Source: a virus
Length of the DNA stretch: 49,484 bases
Direction: 5' to 3' (one strand)
Virus record (IMG/VR): IMGVR_UViG_3300035156_000182
Span: 1 to 49,484 of that record
Part shown: one piece after another, positions 8,095-14,342 of the stretch
Layout of the letters: every line of letters starts with the position of its first letter
Numbering within the stretch: position 1 is the stretch's first letter
Position numbers and translations under genes: made by a program
The notes under the pieces: model-generated
What the model was told of the DNA's origin: nothing
The model's database searches: none
What the model saw: only the letters and a program-made list of their open reading frames with translations

Positions 8095-8598
8095 ATGCTG
8101 ACCATCGAACAACAAACCGCGAACCTTTCGACCGTCGTCGACAATCTGCTGCGCAACGCCCTTCCGCGTGCCGGCAGCGTTCACGCGGCTGTCGCCTATA
8201 TCGCGCACGTCGCGACGCCAGCCGTCGGCGGCGGTATTCTCGCGCTGCCCGCGCCGAGCGGCCAGCGCGCGCGGCACCGGGGCGTCGCGATCATGGTCGA
8301 CGACAGCGGCTATTTCGCCGAGGCCGGTGCCGCAACGTCATTCGGCTATGCCGACACGGTCGACGAAATCCGCGCCGAGATTGACGACCATTTCGCCGAG
8401 GAAGCCGAGCACTATCGCGACCAGGATACGCCCGCCGATACGCCGTCGCTCGACGACACGTTTGCCGAGCTGGAGCGCGCCGACGACACCCCGACGGCCT
8501 CGCGCTGCCCCCGGTGCGGCATCACGATCCTGCGCGCGTCGGGCAGCGGCCCCGACTGCGCGAGCTGCGCGCGTCGCTATCTCGGCACGAATTCTTAA
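8095..8598 (+). CDS. Hypothetical protein with an acidic region and a C-terminal CxxC..CxxC zinc ribbon
   Basis: 167 aa with GGAG 8 nt upstream. It has an acidic stretch, DEIRAEIDDHFAEEAEHYRDQDTPADTPSLDDTFAELERADD, followed by CPRCG..x12..CASC. Confidence 0.6.
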   Translation: MLTIEQQTANLSTVVDNLLRNALPRAGSVHAAVAYIAHVATPAVGGGILALPAPSGQRARHRGVAIMVDDSGYFAEAGAATSFGYADTVDEIRAEIDDHFAEEAEHYRDQDTPADTPSLDDTFAELERADDTPTASRCPRCGITILRASGSGPDCASCARRYLGTNS

Positions 8599-8640
8599 CC
8601 CTCGGCGGGCATGGTGCCCGTCGAACTGGAGCGCATCACG

Positions 8641-8826
8641 ATGACGAAAATTCACAATTGGAAGGCGAAGCGGTCGGGCGACGCGATCACGGTCACGGGC
8701 ACCGACCCCGACGGCCACCCGCTGAAGGTCGGCCGCGTGCTGTCGATTGACGGGGGCGCGACCGGCATCATCGCAAAACAGTGTAACGGCCTGCGCGCAC
8801 CGACCTTTTTCGAGCTGGTCGCATGA
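8641..8826 (+). CDS. Hypothetical protein
   Basis: 61 aa from ATG 8641 with GGAG 10 nt upstream. The track start at 8611 has no RBS. ATGA coupling to the next gene. Confidence 0.5.
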   Translation: MTKIHNWKAKRSGDAITVTGTDPDGHPLKVGRVLSIDGGATGIIAKQCNGLRAPTFFELVA

Positions 8827-9086
8827 GTCGCCTGTCCGACAGCATCCGCGAACAGGCGCGGCGGCAGGCCACTATCGCCAGCGGCCTGCGCATGGCGGGC
8901 GACCGCGACCTTGCGCAGCACGCGGCGATTGCCGGGCACTACCTGACCACGGCCGCCGACACGCTCGACGCATACGATCGCGCCGCCAAGCTCGCCGCGT
9001 CGGGGCCATTCGAAGGTTCCGACCTGAACGCGGCAGCTCGCGCGAACGGCGGCCTGACCGTGGTCAGTCTCGGCGCGCGTGCCTGA
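8823..9086 (+). CDS. Hypothetical protein
   Basis: 87-aa ORF with an ATGA overlap onto the upstream gene. Helical, Ala-rich. Confidence 0.55.
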   Translation: MSRLSDSIREQARRQATIASGLRMAGDRDLAQHAAIAGHYLTTAADTLDAYDRAAKLAASGPFEGSDLNAAARANGGLTVVSLGARA

Positions 9087-9252
9087 CTATCGTTACCGCC
9101 TGCCGTCGACCTATGGCCGCAACGTGTTTCGCTTGCTGCCCTTCGGCCCGAACATCATCGCCCGCGCCGCTCGCGCGGGCGTTGACACGACCAGCACCCC
9201 GGCCATCCGCGCGTGGCGCGCTGCCGGCGAACCCGAGGAATGGAACCCATGA
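9079..9252 (+). CDS. Small hypothetical protein (57 aa, below the ORF-track cutoff)
   Basis: My translation from GTG 9079: VPDYRYRLPSTYGRNVFRLLPFGPNIIARAARAGVDTTSTPAIRAWRAAGEPEEWNP. It overlaps both neighbours (8-nt and ATGA) and fills an otherwise 160-bp gap. Confidence 0.4.
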   Translation: MPDYRYRLPSTYGRNVFRLLPFGPNIIARAARAGVDTTSTPAIRAWRAAGEPEEWNP

Positions 9253-9557
9253 AAGAATTCACGCGCGTGTTCGTTCGCGACAGCGGCGTCGGCATTGACG
9301 TCGGTTTCACCATCACGCCGGGCACGCCCGAAACCGGCTGGAGCGGCCCCCCTGAAAATTACGATTGCGGGTCGCCTGCCGAAGTCGACGTGACTGCTGT
9401 CAACGGGTGCCGGCTGGCCGCGCGCGACCTGACCGATGCCGAGCGCGAGCGGTTCGCCGCCGAAGTGCTCGACGACGTCGGCGAATATCTCGACGACGGC
9501 CCCGACCCCGACGACGCGCGCGACCGGATGCGCGACGACCGCCTGACCGACCGATGA
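9249..9557 (+). CDS. Hypothetical acidic protein
   Basis: 102 aa from ATG 9249 (MKEFTRVF..) with a GAGGAA RBS. Acidic C-terminus DDVGEYLDDGPDPDDARDRMRDD. Confidence 0.55.
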   Translation: MKEFTRVFVRDSGVGIDVGFTITPGTPETGWSGPPENYDCGSPAEVDVTAVNGCRLAARDLTDAERERFAAEVLDDVGEYLDDGPDPDDARDRMRDDRLTDR

Positions 9558-9760
9558 AACCCGACGACGGGCACGACGCGCACCGCGTCGAGGCGCGCAA
9601 GCGGTGGGGCAACCTGACCGCCTTTCGCCTCGGCTATGTTGCCGGCGAAAACGGTCAGGTCGAGCCGAACCCCTACCTGACCGACCGGGGCCGCCGGCAG
9701 TATCTGGCCGGCGTTGCCTATGGTCGGGAACGCGCGCGAGCCGCGCGGCCCGGCGGTTGA
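9554..9760 (+). CDS. Hypothetical protein
   Basis: 68 aa (MKPDDGHDAHRVEARKRWGNLTAFRLGY..) with an ATGA overlap. In frame with the 3' part of track ORF 9365..9760. Confidence 0.5.
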   Translation: MKPDDGHDAHRVEARKRWGNLTAFRLGYVAGENGQVEPNPYLTDRGRRQYLAGVAYGRERARAARPGG

Positions 9761-9762
9761 CC

Positions 9763-9966
9763 ATGGCCGCCGCCCCTGCCCTGCGCACCCTGCGCGATTG
9801 CGGGTGCGTGCGTGCCCGCGTCGATCGCCTCGACTTCGTGTCGCTGGTCGACATCGGGCTTGCCACCGCACGCCCCGTCGCACGCGACCCCGACCTGACC
9901 GACTATCGGCTGACCGAAATCGGTTGGCGCGTATCCGAAAGGCTTGCCCCATGCGCTTCATCGTGA
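9763..9966 (+). CDS. Hypothetical protein
   Basis: 67 aa (MAAAPALRTLRDCGCVRARVDRLDFVSLVDIG..). It starts 2 nt after the upstream stop. Confidence 0.45.
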   Translation: MAAAPALRTLRDCGCVRARVDRLDFVSLVDIGLATARPVARDPDLTDYRLTEIGWRVSERLAPCASS

Positions 9967-10157
9967 CGACTCACACCGCCTTGCCGGGGGTGCGCCTGTC
10001 GCGCCCCGGCCACTTCGGCAACCTGCCGTTCGACAACGTGCCCGAGGCCGAGGCGCACGCGCGCGCGATCGCCGGCAGCGCTGACATCACGGTCGACCAG
10101 GAACACGCCCGGCCGCGCTCTTTCATCGTTGACAGGCTGGCCAACCCCGGCGCATGA
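9951..10157 (+). CDS. Hypothetical protein
   Basis: 68 aa (MRFIVTTHTALPGVRLSRPGHFGNLPF..) with GAAAGG upstream and a 16-nt overlap with the previous ORF. Confidence 0.45.
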   Translation: MRFIVTTHTALPGVRLSRPGHFGNLPFDNVPEAEAHARAIAGSADITVDQEHARPRSFIVDRLANPGA

Positions 10158-10187
10158 ATTCGGCGTCACCGAATAAGGAACACGCGC

Positions 10188-10355
10188 ATGAACGACTATC
10201 GTAACCGCCCCCCGGTCGATGAACACGCCGACAATCTCGAAGCCGCTTTCGACAGCCTGCGACGCGCCGAGGCATGGAGCTTCGCCGGGCTGGTCGTGCT
10301 GGTGGCAATCTGCGCGATCGGCATGGCCGTGGCGTTCGGGCTGGTGCGCTGGTGA
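10188..10355 (+). CDS. Small membrane protein (55 aa, below the ORF-track cutoff)
   Basis: My translation: MNDYRNRPPVDEHADNLEAAFDSLRRAEAWSFAGLVVLVAICAIGMAVAFGLVRW. AAGGAA lies 7 nt upstream and there is one C-terminal TM helix. Confidence 0.45.
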   Translation: MNDYRNRPPVDEHADNLEAAFDSLRRAEAWSFAGLVVLVAICAIGMAVAFGLVRW

Positions 10356-10594
10356 AGTGCCGCCGCGCCCTGCCGGGTAGCGTGCTCGCCGACGGGTCGG
10401 TGATTGACCATCGCGGCTTGCGGTCGCCGCACGGCCCTTGCTTCATGCCGGCCAACTATGGCGCGCGCCTGCGCCACGTTCTCGGCCGCTGCCGCGCGCT
10501 GGAGCTGGCCGGCTGGCGAATGGCACCCGTTCGCGATTGGCCGAGCATGGCACCGCGCGCCGGGCTGTTGTGCATCGTTCGGCGTCGGGCATGA
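10352..10594 (+). CDS. Hypothetical Cys-containing protein
   Basis: 80 aa from GTG 10352 (GTGA overlap with the upstream stop). In frame with track ORF 10274..10594. Confidence 0.4.
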   Translation: MKCRRALPGSVLADGSVIDHRGLRSPHGPCFMPANYGARLRHVLGRCRALELAGWRMAPVRDWPSMAPRAGLLCIVRRRA

Positions 10595-10854
10595 CTGAAA
10601 TGCTTCTGGCCGCGCGTCGGTGCGGCCAGTGCCTGACCACCCGCAACCGCATCGTGTCGGGCGCGCGAGCGGCCGAGCTGGTGCGCCATTGCCGCGAATC
10701 GGGCACCCATTTTCAATGTCACAAGGGGTCGATCGCCGACCTGAACGTGCATTGCCGGGGAGTGCATGACCTGTTCGGGTCGGGCGCGCACCGCGTCGCC
10801 GTGCGGTTCGGCATCCCCGTGCGTGAAGTCGACCCCGACCAGCTCGGCGCATGA
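10591..10854 (+). CDS. Hypothetical Cys/His-rich (zinc-binding-like) protein
   Basis: 87 aa with an ATGA overlap. Pattern: RRCGQCLTT..HCRESGTHFQCHKG..VHCRGVH. Confidence 0.55.
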   Translation: MTEMLLAARRCGQCLTTRNRIVSGARAAELVRHCRESGTHFQCHKGSIADLNVHCRGVHDLFGSGAHRVAVRFGIPVREVDPDQLGA

Positions 10855-11405
10855 AGGTCGAAATTTACACCGACGCCAGCGTGACCACGACCAAGCGCGG
10901 CGCATGGGCGACCGTCATCGTGCGCGGCGACGATCGGCACGAATCGTCGGGTGCCCTGCGCGGCGACTTCCCGTCGTCGACCGCCGTCGAGGCCGCCGCC
11001 ATGGCCAACGCGATGCACTTCGCCCGCCAGCGCGGGTTGATTGAACCCGGCGACGTCGTGACGCTGCGATCGGACAATCGGAACGCCGTCGGCCGCGTCA
11101 CCGGCCGGGCGCGCGACGCGAAGTGCCCGACGATCCGCCGCGCGATTTCCTACGTGCTCGACGAAGCCGATCGCCACGGGTTCGACCTGCGCGCGGCATG
11201 GGTGAAGGGGCACCAGCCGCTAGACAGCTTCGACCCGCACGCAATCCATAATATCCGGTGCGACCACCTTTGCCGCGCGATCCGCGACGGCCACAAGCCG
11301 GCGGGCATCAACGCCCTTGTCGAACAGGTGGCGGGCCGGCAGCGGCGACGGCGGCGGCGCGAGGCGCACGCGGCGGGTACGCGATCAGCGGCAGCGGCCG
11401 AGTGA
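10851..11405 (+). CDS. Ribonuclease H (RNase HI-like)
   Basis: 184 aa. The catalytic pattern aligns by eye to E. coli RNase HI: VEIYTDAS (D), STAVEAAAMANA (E), TLRSDN (D), WVKGH (H), IRCDHL (D). It has an Arg-rich tail, RQRRRRRRE. Confidence 0.8.
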   Translation: MKVEIYTDASVTTTKRGAWATVIVRGDDRHESSGALRGDFPSSTAVEAAAMANAMHFARQRGLIEPGDVVTLRSDNRNAVGRVTGRARDAKCPTIRRAISYVLDEADRHGFDLRAAWVKGHQPLDSFDPHAIHNIRCDHLCRAIRDGHKPAGINALVEQVAGRQRRRRRREAHAAGTRSAAAAE

Positions 11406-11620
11406 CCGACGACCTGTTCGCCGCGCCGATCGTCGGGCCGGTGGCGTCGTTCGCCTGCGAGTGCGGCGCGCGTGACGAAGTGAAGGAACCCGCGCCGCCG
11501 ACGGTCGACTGTTTCGGCTGTCGGCAGGTTCAGGGGATGAAGCGCTTTTCGCCGCGCTGGCCGCCGCCCCGCCACGCCGGGCGCACGGCCACGGCGCGCG
11601 AGCTGGCGCGGGTGGTCTAG
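11402..11620 (+). CDS. Hypothetical small zinc-ribbon-like protein
   Basis: 72 aa from GTG 11402 (GTGA overlap). Motif CECG..x17..CFGC. Its stop overlaps the stop of the convergent minus-strand gene. Confidence 0.4.
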   Translation: MTDDLFAAPIVGPVASFACECGARDEVKEPAPPTVDCFGCRQVQGMKRFSPRWPPPRHAGRTATARELARVV

Positions 11621-11862
11621 TCGAGCACCGCGACGAACGTCACCATGCCGCGCGTGGTGTCGCTCTTTGCCGCTTCGGTGACCGTGGCAGGCTTGCCGTC
11701 GACCGTGCCGGCAGCGCCGACCATGTCGCGCACCAGCGTGCCGAAAAATGCGAGCCGGATGCCGGCCGCGCCCTGCTGCGCGCCCGCGTTGCCCTTGTGA
11801 AACGGGAAGTCGACGTTGGCCAGCCAACCGTTTTCGACCGAACCTTCAACCATGCGTGCCAT
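11617..11862 (-). CDS. Hypothetical protein
   Basis: 81 aa from ATG 11862 (MARMVEGSVENGWLANVDFPFHKGN..) with an AAGGGG RBS. The track ORF starts further upstream at 11919. Confidence 0.5.
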   Translation of the reverse strand: MARMVEGSVENGWLANVDFPFHKGNAGAQQGAAGIRLAFFGTLVRDMVGAAGTVDGKPATVTEAAKSDTTRGMVTFVAVLD

Positions 11863-11922
11863 CGTGTCGCCCCTTCGAAGTGATGCCCGCCGCCATATCC
11901 CAGGCGGCGGGCTGGTCATAGG

Positions 11923-13932
11923 TCAGGGCTTGGCGATCGCGTCGAGCACCGCGCGCCGCTTCGGCGTCTCGGCGATCGGCTGGCCGGCATATTCCCGAAT
12001 TCCCCACGCGCCATATTGCGAGATTGTGCCGGTCGCCGAGTAGATGGTCAGCAGGTCGCCAATGTCGCGCCGCCATTCTGCGATGAAGCGGTCGTATGCC
12101 GCACCCATCAACGGCGACCGTTGCATCGCCTCGGCCACCGGGGCCAAGCCGCCGGGGGCGATGATATGTTGCCCGGCTTCATACGTGATGTACCGCTTGC
12201 CGAAGCGGTCGGCCGTCCGCTTGTTCGCCTTCGCGCGCGCCAACGTTTCAACGCGTTGCGCCTCCAGGCGGGTGAACAGCGCCGGCAGGTCGGCGACCGT
12301 CACCTTGTCGTTCGGCGCGTCGAAAAACGAGTGTCCGAAGTAGGGCGCGGTGGCGAACGCGTCGTGCCATTTGGCCGCGTCGCGGAACCCTAGAACCTGT
12401 TCGCCCGCCCATGGATTGTCGTTCTGCGCGGAAATGACCCGCACCAGCCGCGCGGGGTTGCTGGCAAAAACCGGGGTCAGCACCTGCATCATTTCGGTCG
12501 ACTTTTCGGCCAGCCGCAACAGGTTGTTCGTGTATTTGTCCGGCGACAGCTTCGACGCCACGCCTTCGTTCAGCGCCTGCGCTGCCACACCGAATTGGAA
12601 ATTCCACACTTCGTTGGACAGCTCAAAATAGGCGCGGTGGTTGGCCGCAAGGCGGTCGCGCACCAGCTCGCCAGCCCGGCGAACATAGTCGGCGTCGGCA
12701 TTCCACGGGATAGTGAACCACGCGTCGGTGCCGGCCGCGTTCGCAAGGTCGATCATGTTTTCGAGCGCGACGCCGTCGGTGCCCCCGGTGGTCGGGGTGG
12801 CGCGGTTCGCCCATGTCACCGACGGCGGGTTGCCGTTGGCACTCGACCAATCCAGGAAGCGCAGCAGAGCGAACGGCTTCAGGTCGTCGATCAGCCGCTT
12901 GTCGAACACGCCGACCGTCTCGAGTCCCGCTTCGCGGCAATCCAGGTTGCGGAACGGGTCGACGTCATTCGCGCCCTGAACGTAGAGCATAAGCGACGGC
13001 CTCGACGCGCCCAGCTTGGCGATGTCGAACCCGCGCCAAGTGAAGGTCACCGACCCCTTGTCGCCGAATCCGCCAGCGTCGCCATCGACGCGGATGGCTC
13101 CGGCCCCCTGCCAAGTGCACGTCACGACCGCCGGGCGGTTGCTCCATACGGCTTGCGGCACGTTGATCGGCAGCACGCCGTCGGTGCGCGGGTAGCCGAA
13201 CGCGTTCAGCTTGCCGGGCACCATGTCGCCCCACCCGGCCGACGGGTCGCGCCATGCGCTCGCCGCATAGGCAAGGTTCGCGAAGGTCCGTTCGGTGTTG
13301 TAATACACCGACCCGCCGACGTTGATCGCGATGCTGGTCGGCTTCACCCCGGCGGTCGGCGCGGGGGTGGGCGTCGGTGCCGGGGTGGGGGCGGGGGTCG
13401 GGGCTGGCGTCGGGGTGGTCGGCAGCGGGGCGGTGCGCGACCATGCGCAGGCCTTTACGACGTTCGACAGCGGGTCGCCGAACGCTTCGTTGCTACAGTC
13501 GATGCCGTCGGTCGCGAGGCGATAGGCGAACACGCCCTGCGCGCCATAGCGAACGGTCGCGGTGCCGGTGAACGAACAGCGGGCATCCTCGACCGCGCAT
13601 TCGGTCCAACCGCCGACCGCGGGTGGCGTCGGGGTGGGCGTCGGCACGGGTGCCGGGGTTGGGGTCGGCGTAGGGGCTGGTGCGGGCGCGGGCGTGGCGA
13701 TCGCCTTCAGACGTTCGCGGCGCACCTGTTCGGCGGCCGAGGCCGAACCCTTCGCCTTGCCGAAGCAATCGGCTTGCGTGGTCAGGCGCGACGGGCTGTT
13801 CAGGTCGGCTTTCGGGATGGCGGCCGTGCCGCATCCGGCGGTGGTTTGTGCGGTGGTCGGGCTGGTCAGTCCGGCGACGGCGGCAGCGGTGCCGGCGGCG
13901 GCCAGCAGGCCGAAAATGTAGCGTTGGCGCAT
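11923..13932 (-). CDS. Secreted glycoside hydrolase-like protein (Sec signal peptide, two Pro/Thr linkers, 4-Cys module, clan GH-A-like TIM-barrel domain)
   Basis: 669 aa with an AGGAG RBS. Signal peptide MRQRYIFGLLAAAGTAAAVAGLTSPTTAQ. Linkers such as PAPAPAPTPTPTPAPVPTPTPTP. Cys module WTECAVEDARCSF..VRYGAQG..IDCSNEAFGDP..KACAW. Catalytic-type motif YFELSNEVWNFQF (Asn-Glu) after RFLDWSSANG. The family cannot be assigned by eye. Confidence 0.6.
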   Translation of the reverse strand: MRQRYIFGLLAAAGTAAAVAGLTSPTTAQTTAGCGTAAIPKADLNSPSRLTTQADCFGKAKGSASAAEQVRRERLKAIATPAPAPAPTPTPTPAPVPTPTPTPPAVGGWTECAVEDARCSFTGTATVRYGAQGVFAYRLATDGIDCSNEAFGDPLSNVVKACAWSRTAPLPTTPTPAPTPAPTPAPTPTPAPTAGVKPTSIAINVGGSVYYNTERTFANLAYAASAWRDPSAGWGDMVPGKLNAFGYPRTDGVLPINVPQAVWSNRPAVVTCTWQGAGAIRVDGDAGGFGDKGSVTFTWRGFDIAKLGASRPSLMLYVQGANDVDPFRNLDCREAGLETVGVFDKRLIDDLKPFALLRFLDWSSANGNPPSVTWANRATPTTGGTDGVALENMIDLANAAGTDAWFTIPWNADADYVRRAGELVRDRLAANHRAYFELSNEVWNFQFGVAAQALNEGVASKLSPDKYTNNLLRLAEKSTEMMQVLTPVFASNPARLVRVISAQNDNPWAGEQVLGFRDAAKWHDAFATAPYFGHSFFDAPNDKVTVADLPALFTRLEAQRVETLARAKANKRTADRFGKRYITYEAGQHIIAPGGLAPVAEAMQRSPLMGAAYDRFIAEWRRDIGDLLTIYSATGTISQYGAWGIREYAGQPIAETPKRRAVLDAIAKP

Positions 13933-13944
13933 GGGTGGAAGCTC

Positions 13945-14331
13945 CTATTGGTGCTGGTATTCGAGCGTGAACGTGCGTTGTTTCACGCGCGGCGGCACGG
14001 CGTCGGTCGTGATGGTCACGACGATGCCGATTAACTTCGGGGTGTCGAACAGCGGCGACTCCTTCATCGCGTCGACAATTTCAGGCCAGAATGACACGCG
14101 ACGACCGACCAGGGTCGGCAGCGAATAGCCATTGCCGGATTTGATCGCGAAACCGAGCGCTACGGATTCGGGAAGCGGGGCCATGTTGAACGACGCCACG
14201 TTTTCGCCCGGCGCGAGGATCGGAAACGGCGCGACCCCCTGAACGCCCTGCGAAATGTCGAGGCCGAACAGGTCGACGTCGCTCGGGTCTAGCGGCTGGT
14301 CGAGCTTAAGGGCTGTCGTCGGAATGACCAT
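13945..14331 (-). CDS. Hypothetical protein
   Basis: 128 aa from ATG 14331 (MVIPTTALKLDQPLDPSDVDLFGLD..), with GAGG 9 nt upstream. It lies between the SPRY-repeat gene and the hydrolase gene. Confidence 0.55.
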   Translation of the reverse strand: MVIPTTALKLDQPLDPSDVDLFGLDISQGVQGVAPFPILAPGENVASFNMAPLPESVALGFAIKSGNGYSLPTLVGRRVSFWPEIVDAMKESPLFDTPKLIGIVVTITTDAVPPRVKQRTFTLEYQHQ

Positions 14332-14342
14332 GGTCGGCGGCC

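Noticed and set aside
13320-13700. Short tandem DNA repeats (ggggtg/ggcgtc-type at about 13360-13420 and 13615-13690, and TCTCCC at 28537-28578) considered as a possible CRISPR or other repeat array.
   Set aside because: The units are 6 bp with no spacers. They lie in frame inside ORFs, encoding Pro/Thr linkers and a Gly/Glu linker. They are not CRISPR-like.
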